Shown here: positions 55,462-64,000 of the stretch, piece by piece
How the letters are laid out: every line of letters starts with the position of its first letter
Position numbering within the stretch: position 1 is the stretch's first letter
Assembly: GCA_050250255.1 (NCBI GenBank)
Contig: JBFWOZ010000003.1
Span: 1-64,000 of the forward strand
Reading direction: 5' to 3'
Source: Bdellovibrionales bacterium
GTDB lineage: Bacteria > Bdellovibrionota > Bdellovibrionia > Bdellovibrionales > DASUEL01
DNA: 64,000 bases
Program-made: the position numbers and the translations under genes
The notes under the pieces: model-generated
Told to the model about the DNA's origin: nothing
What the model saw: only the letters and a program-made list of their open reading frames with translations
The model's database searches: none

Positions 55462-56628
55462 ATTTTTATAGGCGGCTTCAAGGATCGGTATAAAAAAGCC
55501 GGCAGGTAGTTGCCGACCATTCACGAAGATGGATGGTGTGCCTTCGATGCCAGCACTTTTCCCTTGTGCAGCTTGAGCTCGAATCACATTCGTCGTTTCT
55601 TCAGAGCTAAGGCACTGGCTCAAAGTTGCGTAATCTAAGCCTAAATCTTTAGAAGCAAGTTCAAAGTTAGACTGATCCGCTTGTCCTTGTTTATGAAAAA
55701 CCCAATCATGAATCGCCCAGCCCTTATTTTGTTGTTCGCTACAATAAGTGCTTTTTGCTAATGGACAGGTACGCCCTTCGCGAGGAATGGCGGCATTACA
55801 TGCTCCATCGAGAGGGTAGTTTAGAAAAATCAGCTGAACATCGTTACGAGAGTTGGCGAAAGCATGCAGACTAGGAGCCGCTCTTTTGCAATGTGGGCAA
55901 CCAAAATCTGCAAATTCGACGATGGTCATTTTGTACTGACCCGCTTTGTCTCGAAGATGAAGTCCGGTGCTGGTATCAAAAGTGTTCACGCGAGCCGTTT
56001 TCCAGTTATTCAGGGCATCCGTTATAATCACGTCTAAATTTTTTACGTGAGAGGAAACGGCCATGCTATCGGCCATAAATGTGAAAACAGGAATGAGCAA
56101 AAGAAACACAAGAGGCGTTCTAGAGCCATCAGGACCTGGGGCAAAAAGCGTTTTGACGTCTGAAGGTAAAAGAGAGAAATCCAAAGATTCTAAATTTTTA
56201 AATGTACCAATCCATGTGAGAAGTGAAAGTACATAGGCAAAAATACAAAAAAGACAGAAAGTGCCGAGTTGAGTGAAGGAAATAACACCCATAACGATAG
56301 AGCCTAAGAGAATAAAGCTTGCGATATAAAAACTGAGGCGACGAAGAAAGGGCGTTGCGGAAGCGATAAGTTGCCAAAAAAGAAAAAGAGCAAGAACGGT
56401 ATTAGTGAGTGCCGCCCAAAGAGCGATGGGTTTTCCAAGGAATTCAGAAAAAGGACTTGTGTTGACCGTGTCACAGCTAAAAGTTTGGTTGATATTACAA
56501 ATACTCGGAGAGTCTGAGGCCCCAAATATTAAAGTATAGTGATGTTGGGTGAGGTACATATGCACACCCACCGCGATCACGGTGGAAACCAGAGATAACC
56601 AAAGGGGCCATTTCGTTTGATGTTTCAT
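55456..56628 (-). CDS. VKOR-DsbA/thioredoxin fusion (disulfide bond formation)
   Basis: VKOR loop ICNINQTFSCDTV and FCLFC; DsbA-like EFADFGCPHC and GIEGTPSIFVNG. Confidence 0.92.
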   Translation of the reverse strand: MKHQTKWPLWLSLVSTVIAVGVHMYLTQHHYTLIFGASDSPSICNINQTFSCDTVNTSPFSEFLGKPIALWAALTNTVLALFLFWQLIASATPFLRRLSFYIASFILLGSIVMGVISFTQLGTFCLFCIFAYVLSLLTWIGTFKNLESLDFSLLPSDVKTLFAPGPDGSRTPLVFLLLIPVFTFMADSMAVSSHVKNLDVIITDALNNWKTARVNTFDTSTGLHLRDKAGQYKMTIVEFADFGCPHCKRAAPSLHAFANSRNDVQLIFLNYPLDGACNAAIPREGRTCPLAKSTYCSEQQNKGWAIHDWVFHKQGQADQSNFELASKDLGLDYATLSQCLSSEETTNVIRAQAAQGKSAGIEGTPSIFVNGRQLPAGFFIPILEAAYKNL

Positions 56629-56639
56629 ATAGCTCGGGT

Positions 56640-58250
56640 ATGATAACTCTCATGTCGAGATCATTGCAACCAAGTTGGCTGCGAGCGCGAAAGTTACTAT
56701 TGCAACGGGTCAAGGAGCATATCGGATCATTGCTAGGTCCGCTTCCTAGGGACCTGTATAGCGCCCGAAAACGTTATGAAAAGGAATTTGGTTCGGGATG
56801 GACGATTTCTAGTTCCGATGAGCTTCTTAAAAGAGTCGAAGAAAGCCGTATCGTTTTAGGGGCCGATTTTCATGCTCATGTTCAATCTCAGCGTACCCAC
56901 TTAAGAATTTTAAGGTCTTTACCTCAGCGAAAAAAAATCATGTTAGCTCTGGAAGTTTTCCCTGTTCGGGAGCAGAGGAATCTTGACCTCTATCTGCAGA
57001 AAAAACTTACGGAAGCTCAATTTCTCAAACGTATTCGATGGGACGAGGTATGGGGATTCCCATGGAAACACTACCGGCCCTTGCTACAGCTGGCGCAGGA
57101 AAGAGGTTACAAAGTTGTCGCTTTGAATAGCTCTGTGAATAAAACAAACGAGCGGAGCTTAAATCAACGCGAAAAAATGGCTGTTCAAGTTCTGCAAAAA
57201 AAAATTAAAACCTCACCTGAGGCTCTGATTTACATCGTTTTTGGAGATCTACATCTTTCGCGCGCACAATTGCCTCAAAAACTTCTTCCGCTTCTAAAAA
57301 AACCTTCAGATTTACTAGTGATTCATCAAGATTCAGAAAGTCTTTACTTTAAGCTAGCGATACAAAAAGTAGAAAACAAGGTTTCGGTCCTGCGCAAAGG
57401 AAAAAATCATTTTTGTGTTATGACGTCTCCTCCTTGGGTCCGTTGGCAAAACTACCAACTTTTTCTCGAAGGGGAGGGCGAGCAAGAATTAGAGATGAAA
57501 TTAGACCCTACAGAATGGGTGCGCCACTTGCTCCAAGTGGTGATGGAGGATTTGTCTCTAAAACTTCCGGCGCAGGACTTTGAGGCGTTTGATTTACAAA
57601 GCGAAAACGTCTGGCGTTTGTTAGAAAAAAATCTTTCTCAAAAAGAATTATTGATGGCTCAGCATCTAATGGGCCGTAATCGTAGTTTTTTTCTTCCAGG
57701 AAAGAAAAATTTTATTTTGTTAAGTCATAACATCAACCACGTATCTGCCCTGTGCGGAGACTATTTGCAATGTCAATTGAGTGGTAGGAAAACAACCCTT
57801 TGGAACTTTTCTCAAGATTTTGAGGCCGCGGTTTGGTTGGAAACGCTTTGTTTTTTTGCAAGTAAGTTGATGAACCATCGCCGCAAGCCAGATCGCATCG
57901 AAGATCTCATGACCCAAGGTGCAGAAATGAAAGAGACTCTCCTCCTGGTTTTGGGTTTGAAAATGAAGTTTTTGAAATGGGCTCAAGGTCCTGAAGGACA
58001 TTTTGATGTCTCGAAAAAGTTTAAACCAAGACGAAAATCGAGTTACTTTCATGCAGCTCAGGTCCTGGGGGGCCTGCTCGGCGAACGTCTTTTTGCAAAT
58101 TATCGGTCTGGCGTTATAAGATCAAAGAAGGTCCAAGAGTGGATGGCTTTTGATGTTTATAACGAGAGCTTTCATGATTTTTTCAAATCTCGTATTAAGC
58201 AGTTAGAAGTTGTTCCCTCCTGGCTAGAAGAACAAGATGTTCGGTTATAA
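56640..58250 (+). CDS. ChaN/Tiki-superfamily domain protein with C-terminal extension
   Basis: IVLGADFH..Q, LALEVF..Q..LD.YL, W...WGFPWKHYRPLL, VVALN, FGDLHL. Confidence 0.7.
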   Translation: MITLMSRSLQPSWLRARKLLLQRVKEHIGSLLGPLPRDLYSARKRYEKEFGSGWTISSSDELLKRVEESRIVLGADFHAHVQSQRTHLRILRSLPQRKKIMLALEVFPVREQRNLDLYLQKKLTEAQFLKRIRWDEVWGFPWKHYRPLLQLAQERGYKVVALNSSVNKTNERSLNQREKMAVQVLQKKIKTSPEALIYIVFGDLHLSRAQLPQKLLPLLKKPSDLLVIHQDSESLYFKLAIQKVENKVSVLRKGKNHFCVMTSPPWVRWQNYQLFLEGEGEQELEMKLDPTEWVRHLLQVVMEDLSLKLPAQDFEAFDLQSENVWRLLEKNLSQKELLMAQHLMGRNRSFFLPGKKNFILLSHNINHVSALCGDYLQCQLSGRKTTLWNFSQDFEAAVWLETLCFFASKLMNHRRKPDRIEDLMTQGAEMKETLLLVLGLKMKFLKWAQGPEGHFDVSKKFKPRRKSSYFHAAQVLGGLLGERLFANYRSGVIRSKKVQEWMAFDVYNESFHDFFKSRIKQLEVVPSWLEEQDVRL

Positions 58251-58272
58251 TTCTCAAAGAGGAGAGTTCGTC

Positions 58273-59808
58273 ATGGAATGGTTTCTCTATCGATCAGGAC
58301 AGGTAGAAGGTCCTCTTAGTCAATTAGAGCTTCTGACAAAAATTAATACAGGAGAAATTAACGATGATGAGCTCATGTGTCGTAAAGGTGATGAACATTG
58401 GAAAACTCTAAAAGAGTTTCGTCCGGAATTGATCGTCAAGATTTCCGATCACGCAGAGTTGCAACCTCATACCTCCAAAGAGTGGATTCTCCTCGTAGAG
58501 AATATGTCACTTGAAGATGGCGAGCTGAAGCAAGGACAGTTTGTTCAGAATGGGCCATTCACCAAAGAAGAAGTTGTGGATTTAATCCAAACAGGAAAAG
58601 CAAAGTACTCAGATTATATTTGGAAATCAGAATTCGTTCAGTGGTCTCGCATTAACGAAGTAGATGAATTTTTCCATTCAGGGACTTCCAGGAACGTGAT
58701 GGATTTTATTGAGCCTGCAGAAGCCGTTGCTTCTGATGTAGAGGCGACTCCAGAAGCGCTTCTTGAAAATGTACTCAAGCAAGTCAGCCCTACTCAGCAT
58801 TTAGATTTTGTAGAAAGTTTTCCTGAGGCGATGGAGCCGGTCACGGAGCTATCTCCCCAAACAGAGCCTTTAATCGTTTCAGCAGCGGCGGAAGAAGTGG
58901 AGCCAGTAGAAGAGGAAACAGCTTTCACTGCAGCTCCTAGTGAAGAAGTCATCGAAGAGCCAGAGGAAGAGTCTGCGACGGTCTCTGAACAACCAATATC
59001 TTTAGGGGCGTTCACTCTCTCTGAGCGTCTTCAGGAAGAACCACGCAAATTAGAAGTGACAAAGCAACCCCTTCAGGAATCTGCCTGGAACTTTAAAAAA
59101 CAGATCGATAAGGCTGCACAGGGACAATTACTTCCTTGGGTGATGCTCAGTCTTTCGCTTGCGATGACCGGCCTTTTTTCTGTCTGGTACTTCACGCAAG
59201 AACCTGATGTTGCACCAAGCGCTCTTCATGTTCCTCATCAGCAAAACAAAAATCCTGATTTACAAAAACCATCTATAAATCCGAAAAAAGAAAACATGAC
59301 TAAGGAAGAGCCAAAAACGGCGGGGCGTACAGAGGCGCTGGACATTCCGGCAAAGACAAGGGTCGCTGCTAAAAAGAATAAACCTGTCGCCAAAATGGCA
59401 CAGAAGTCAAAGGCAGCTTCAGTTGCAAAAAAGGTGGCTTCGAAACCAGCCAGTAAGAAGGTCATATCTTCACCAGTTGTCGAAAAAATTGCGACAAGAT
59501 ACCAGAAAAAGGCCGAGCTTCTTGATCGTCAATATGCACGCTTAAAAGACCGTCCATTTGAATGGAAACGTTTTTATACGAACTGGAAAGCGGAGCTTCA
59601 TCAAGCAGAAGAGGGGAATCTTTCGCGCGCTTCGAATAGTGCTTTGATGAGAAAACTAAGTTTGGGAAAAAGAAGATTGGTCCAACGGGCAGATATGATG
59701 GACCAATCAATTTCTAGTGAAAAAGCTGTCTCTTCAGATTTTGAAGAAGAGAATATCCCTCAGATATTCAAAAATATTACTCAGCAAGCACGGAGCAAGA
59801 AGCAATAA
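58273..59808 (+). CDS. Bitopic membrane protein with two GYF_2 (DUF4339)-like domains
   Basis: WFLYRSGQVEGPLS...WK and QNGPFTKEEV...IWKSEFVQWSRI; acidic linker, one TM, basic C-terminal part. Confidence 0.75.
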   Translation: MEWFLYRSGQVEGPLSQLELLTKINTGEINDDELMCRKGDEHWKTLKEFRPELIVKISDHAELQPHTSKEWILLVENMSLEDGELKQGQFVQNGPFTKEEVVDLIQTGKAKYSDYIWKSEFVQWSRINEVDEFFHSGTSRNVMDFIEPAEAVASDVEATPEALLENVLKQVSPTQHLDFVESFPEAMEPVTELSPQTEPLIVSAAAEEVEPVEEETAFTAAPSEEVIEEPEEESATVSEQPISLGAFTLSERLQEEPRKLEVTKQPLQESAWNFKKQIDKAAQGQLLPWVMLSLSLAMTGLFSVWYFTQEPDVAPSALHVPHQQNKNPDLQKPSINPKKENMTKEEPKTAGRTEALDIPAKTRVAAKKNKPVAKMAQKSKAASVAKKVASKPASKKVISSPVVEKIATRYQKKAELLDRQYARLKDRPFEWKRFYTNWKAELHQAEEGNLSRASNSALMRKLSLGKRRLVQRADMMDQSISSEKAVSSDFEEENIPQIFKNITQQARSKKQ

Positions 59809-59809
59809 A

Positions 59810-60103
59810 TTACTGCTTCTTTTTTGAAGGCTTAGCGACGAATTCTTTAAATTCTTTTCCAGCGCGAAATTTTGGAACTTGAGTCGCTGGAAGATTAAAA
59901 GTTTCCCCTGTCTGAGGATTGCGGCCTGTGCGCGCCTTGCGATCGGCTAAAGTGAAAGTTCCAAAGCCTACAAGCTTTACACCTTCTCCTGTTGATACCG
60001 CACTTTGAATAATCTCAAGGGTTGCGTCTAAAAACGATTCCGATTGTACTTTTGTAAGTTGAGCTTTGAGAGCAAGTTTTTCGACGAGTTGAGCTTTATT
60101 CAT
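59810..60103 (-). CDS. hup: DNA-binding protein HU
   Basis: MNKAQLV, LVGFGTF, ARTGRNPQTGE, PKFRAGK. Confidence 0.95.
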   Translation of the reverse strand: MNKAQLVEKLALKAQLTKVQSESFLDATLEIIQSAVSTGEGVKLVGFGTFTLADRKARTGRNPQTGETFNLPATQVPKFRAGKEFKEFVAKPSKKKQ

Positions 60104-60250
60104 CTGGCGATTCCTCCGTGAAGAACGTGTGTTTAAGTTTTTATTTTAGAAAGAGAGAAAGATTTAATTCCGGTCAGAATTTTGGTCAAGAAAATTGATC
60201 TCGAATGTTTACTTTCAAAACGCGGCAATTATTGGTATGGTGGAAAAATC

Positions 60251-61948
60251 ATGTTGACATCATTAAAACAAAAAATAACCGCAAAGCTTTCTGAATTTAC
60301 GAGTTTATCCGAGGCAGAAGTGCTTGACTTGCTTGAGGTGCCTAAAAATCAGGAGCATGGAGAGCTCTCACTTCCGGTTTTTTCTTTAGCAAAGCGTTTT
60401 AAAAAAGCACCTGCTCTGATCGCAAGTGATGTCAAAGAAAAGATGTCATCAAGCGGAATTTCTGAGCTGCAAAATGTGGATTCTGTTGCAGGTTTTGTGA
60501 ATTTTAAATTTGATGCGCGCTATCTTCAAAAAATCCTTCTTGATACAACGAGTAAAAAAAATATTGGTTTTACGACCGTAGGTGTTGGAAAAACTGTCAT
60601 CATTGATTATTCGTCTCCTAATGTCGCAAAACCTATGAGTATTGGCCATTTACGAGCCACCGTCATCGGGCAGGCGATACGAAACTTAGCAGAAAGCCAA
60701 GGCTATAAAGTCATTGGTATTAATCACTTGGGGGACTGGGGCGTACAGTTCGGAAAATTGGCGTGGGCTTACACAAATTGGGGCAAAGAATACCCTTTTC
60801 AAGAAAAACCTTTTGAATCTCTTTTCCAGCTTTATGTGCGCTTTCATGAAGAAGCGGAAAAAGATAAAAATCTCGATGCTCAGGGCTCGGCCTACTTCAA
60901 GCGCTTGGAGCAAGGGGATGCCGAAATTCAAAAGTTGTGGCGTCTTTTTTTAGATATTTCTATGCAGGAGTATCAACGTATTTATGGGCTCCTTAATATT
61001 CACTTTGATTTGATTCAAGGTGAGGCTTTCTACAACGATCATTTGGCCCCTACGGAAAAACGTTTAAAAGATGCGGGAATTTTGGAAGAAAGCCAAGGCG
61101 CTCAAGTGGTCTTTATTAAAGACGATATGCCTCCCTGTATTATTCGTAAATCTGATGGAACATCTCTTTATGCAACTCGTGATATTGCTTCGGCAATTTA
61201 CCGTCGTGAAGTTTTAAAAGGAGATAAAATTCTTTATGTTGTAGGCGTAGATCAGATGCTTCACTTTCAACAGGTCTTCGGGGTTTTAAAAAAGATGGGA
61301 TATGCATGGGCCGAAGGCTGCGAGCATATCGCATTTGGAATGTATCGTTTTAAAGATGAGGGTAAGATGTCCACTCGCCGTGGCCGTGTGATTTTTATGG
61401 ACGATGTTCTACAGCGTGCCATTGAAATTGTGAGAAAACGTGTTGAAGAAAAAAATCCTGATTTACCGAACATTGAGAAGATTGCTCAGCAGGTCGGTGT
61501 GGGCGCGATTGTTTTTAACGATCTCGTCAACGATCGAGTGAAGAATGTGGATTTTGATTGGGACCGTGTTTTAGATTTTGAAGGGGATAGTGGGCCTTAC
61601 GTACAATATTGTTCAGTAAGATGTTCCAGTATTCTTAAAAAATACGGTAAAGAAGTTGAGAAGAAGTTTGAAGTCACTTTAGATTCTCCAGAAGAGCGTG
61701 TATTGATGCGAACGCTCTTACTCTACGAAGACACACTTAAGACGGCCTTTTCGCTCTATCGACCAAATGTGGTGGCTCAGTATCTCCTGGACCTCTGTCG
61801 AGCCTTCAATCACTTCTACCAGAAGCATAGAATCCTAGATGGCGAAGAAGCTCTAAAGATTTCTAGGCTTTCTTTGGTGCTTTGCACACAAGATGTTATC
61901 AATTCCGGGCTAAAGGTCCTGGGAATGCAAGCCCCAGAGCAGATGTAA
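60251..61948 (+). CDS. argS: Arginine--tRNA ligase
   Basis: DYSSPNVAKPMSIGHLR, NHLGDWG.QFG, KMSTRRG, GPYVQY. Confidence 0.97.
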   Translation: MLTSLKQKITAKLSEFTSLSEAEVLDLLEVPKNQEHGELSLPVFSLAKRFKKAPALIASDVKEKMSSSGISELQNVDSVAGFVNFKFDARYLQKILLDTTSKKNIGFTTVGVGKTVIIDYSSPNVAKPMSIGHLRATVIGQAIRNLAESQGYKVIGINHLGDWGVQFGKLAWAYTNWGKEYPFQEKPFESLFQLYVRFHEEAEKDKNLDAQGSAYFKRLEQGDAEIQKLWRLFLDISMQEYQRIYGLLNIHFDLIQGEAFYNDHLAPTEKRLKDAGILEESQGAQVVFIKDDMPPCIIRKSDGTSLYATRDIASAIYRREVLKGDKILYVVGVDQMLHFQQVFGVLKKMGYAWAEGCEHIAFGMYRFKDEGKMSTRRGRVIFMDDVLQRAIEIVRKRVEEKNPDLPNIEKIAQQVGVGAIVFNDLVNDRVKNVDFDWDRVLDFEGDSGPYVQYCSVRCSSILKKYGKEVEKKFEVTLDSPEERVLMRTLLLYEDTLKTAFSLYRPNVVAQYLLDLCRAFNHFYQKHRILDGEEALKISRLSLVLCTQDVINSGLKVLGMQAPEQM

Positions 61949-61971
61949 TTCGCGAAAATCCTCAATTCATC

Positions 61972-61999
61972 TCATATCTTGTCGTGTTTTGACCGATAG
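61972..61999 (+). promoter_or_regulatory. sigma28-like promoter
   Basis: TCAT-N16-ACCGATAG ending 8 nt before the ATG at 62008. Confidence 0.45.
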
Positions 62000-62004
62000 G
62001 ATTC

Positions 62005-62682
62005 TTGATGTCACTCAAGGCGTTTAGCTTTTGGATTTTGATCCTCACCATAGGAATTCTCCAGTGGTATTCCTATGTTCGCGAACACTTCAACGGAAAA
62101 GTGTTCTACGAGCACCGTACAAAAGTGCTCGAGGCACAGCTTCGCCGCCAAGAAATGAAAACCGCTCTTGCTTATTATCAACTTCAAGATTTCCAGCAAT
62201 CCGTCGCTACGATTTTACCCAAAGCTTCTAAAGAATTAGGAGCTTATCAAAAGCGTACGATTGCAAGTATTGTACAGGCGCCAGATTCAGAAAAACTAAG
62301 CATTCAAGATTCAAGCGCACTTTTTGAAAAAGCAAAACGCCATTTTCGTTCTGAGGAATTCGATGAGGCATCAGATCTTCTGAAGAAACTTATTGAGCAA
62401 TTTCCGCTTTCAAGTCACGTGATTGACTCTTATTTTTTATTAGTAGAGAGCACGTATCAGATGAACGAGCTCGATGAATGCGCAGATTACATTGATTCAA
62501 TGGTCACCCTCTTTCCAGAGCATGATCTGACCGGTTTTGCGCTCTTAAGAATGGGACAAATTTTTACGTCGCGTGATCGTCTTGAAGACGCGGAACAAAT
62601 TTATAATACAGTTATTAATAACTTTAAGAATCCAGAAATGACGGAACAGGCGTCTAAACTTCTTAAAGAGATTTCTTTATGA
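62005..62682 (+). CDS. Membrane-anchored coiled-coil/TPR protein (CpoB/BamD-like C-terminus)
   Basis: N-terminal TM; LFEKAKRHF...LIEQFPLS, ALLRMGQIF...A..IY..VI TPR pattern. Confidence 0.72.
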   Translation: MMSLKAFSFWILILTIGILQWYSYVREHFNGKVFYEHRTKVLEAQLRRQEMKTALAYYQLQDFQQSVATILPKASKELGAYQKRTIASIVQAPDSEKLSIQDSSALFEKAKRHFRSEEFDEASDLLKKLIEQFPLSSHVIDSYFLLVESTYQMNELDECADYIDSMVTLFPEHDLTGFALLRMGQIFTSRDRLEDAEQIYNTVINNFKNPEMTEQASKLLKEISL

Positions 62683-63434
62683 AAGTCTTAAAGTACTTTC
62701 TTGTGTTCATGATTTTCTTTATTGAGATTCGTGTGAAAGCGTCGGTTGCTTACCCAAAATTGGGTGAGGCGATTCAGGAGCCTCTCAATTGTTTGGCTCA
62801 GCAAGTAGTTTGTGCGGTGAGCACTTTTGATAAATCAAAATATGACCTTACAGTTGGGACTGCTCATGTTATTCTTGGTGGTCGCACAACGATTTTGCGT
62901 AATGATGCAGACCTCATCACGCTTGTGTCGGGTGAAATTTGGGTACGCACGAATGGACATATCAAGATTCAGTCTGAGTTTGGATCTTATGTTTTAGAAA
63001 AGGCCGAAGCTTGGGTGATTAAAGAAAATGGCAAAATGCTCGTGCGCACAGTCTCTGGCGAGGCCGATGTCCTTCCGCGTGGAGGAAAAGAATTACCATT
63101 GCCCGCAGGTTTTGAAGTTTGGATATCAGCAGTCGACGCATCAGGGGTAGCGACGAGTTCGATTCCTCGGGCTATTGATATTCGTGATCACATGAAAAGA
63201 TGGGCGCAACTTTTCCCAGGCACCAAAGCCGAATTTAAAAAAGCGGTCTTAGCGTTTCGCACAGTTTGGAATGAGTCCGTTGAAAAAGCTGCGACTTTTC
63301 ACGCAGAAGTCGTACAAAGAAATATCGCGAGCGAACAAAATGAAGCTCTCAAGAAAAAACAAACTCTGGAGCAAATCAAGCTTGAGAATCAGCGCCTTCG
63401 CGCTCTGTTTCGCAAAAAACTCTCACTCGAGTAA
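62679..63434 (+). CDS. Exported hypothetical protein with FecR-like beta domain
   Basis: Signal peptide; LVSGEIWV, VRTVSGEADV segments; helical C-terminus. Confidence 0.55.
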   Translation: MKVLKYFLVFMIFFIEIRVKASVAYPKLGEAIQEPLNCLAQQVVCAVSTFDKSKYDLTVGTAHVILGGRTTILRNDADLITLVSGEIWVRTNGHIKIQSEFGSYVLEKAEAWVIKENGKMLVRTVSGEADVLPRGGKELPLPAGFEVWISAVDASGVATSSIPRAIDIRDHMKRWAQLFPGTKAEFKKAVLAFRTVWNESVEKAATFHAEVVQRNIASEQNEALKKKQTLEQIKLENQRLRALFRKKLSLE

Positions 63435-63443
63435 AAATTGATT

Positions 63444-64000
63444 TTAAACTGAAACTTCGAAATCTCTCAAAGCTTGATTGAGGGACGTCTTCATGTCAGT
63501 GCTGGCTTTTCGCTGACCGATGATTAAGGCGCAATTCACTCCGTAAGCTCCAGCAGGAAATTTTTTGGTAATGCTACCTGGTATCACCACCGATTGTGCG
63601 GGTACGTGTCCTTGAAGAATTTTTTCTGTAGGGCCACTGACATCAATAATCTTTGTGGAAGCGGTGAGAGTGACGCCGGCTCCGAGGACGGCGCCTTCGC
63701 CGATGCGAACACCCTCTACGATGATGCAACGGCTCCCGATAAAAGCATTGTCTCCAATGATCACGGGGCTCGCTTGTGCGGGTTCCAGAACTCCGCCAAT
63801 TCCAACGCCGCCTGAGAGATGAACGTTTTCACCAATCTGAGCGCAAGAACCTACGGTGGCCCAAGTGTCGACCATGCTGCCTTTGCCCACAAAAGCTCCG
63901 ATGTTCACATAAGAGGGCATCAAGATCGCGCCGGGGCTAACGAAAGCACCAAAGCGAACGAGCGCATGAGGAACCACGCGTACGCCTTCTTGGCCGGTCC
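63444..64000 (-). CDS. dapD: Tetrahydrodipicolinate N-succinyltransferase, 5' end outside the window
   Basis: MPSYVNIGAFV, MVDTWATVGSCAQIG, HLSGGVGIGGVLEP; frame open to the window edge. Confidence 0.96.
   Translation of the reverse strand, partial: TGQEGVRVVPHALVRFGAFVSPGAILMPSYVNIGAFVGKGSMVDTWATVGSCAQIGENVHLSGGVGIGGVLEPAQASPVIIGDNAFIGSRCIIVEGVRIGEGAVLGAGVTLTASTKIIDVSGPTEKILQGHVPAQSVVIPGSITKKFPAGAYGVNCALIIGQRKASTDMKTSLNQALRDFEVSV

Overview
Bacterial chromosomal DNA. The gene content and order (ffh-rpsP-khpA-rimM-trmD-SPOUT-rplS-rnhB-yraN; prs-rplY-pth-ychF; many secreted hydrolases and orphan lipoproteins) suggest a Bdellovibrionota / deltaproteobacterial-type predator; this is an inference, not a search result. 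Housekeeping genes include radA, an opp peptide transporter without its ATPases, pdxJ, lptD, rsmI, lpxC, aat, HU, argS and a partial dapD. An accessory stretch at about 15.5-32.2 kb carries a lytic transglycosylase lipoprotein, a secreted Cys-His-Asp protein, an orphan GspE/PilB-type ATPase with two tandem [cNMP-binding + GspE N-domain] modules, an HNH-AP2 protein with a degenerate HNH motif, and a peptidase/beta-propeller protein. It ends in a tRNA-Arg(CCT)-linked segment with a MacAB/Lol-like exporter and higBA. A CHASE2 adenylate cyclase and class II phosphodiesterase pair sits upstream of lptD. Non-coding signals: long perfect palindromes with shared AAGGTGCCAG termini whose ends coincide with stop codons, a MITE-like hairpin at the end of pdxJ, sigma28-like promoters 7-8 nt before start codons, and sigma54-like promoters. 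No CRISPR array, rRNA or intact integrase/transposase was seen.
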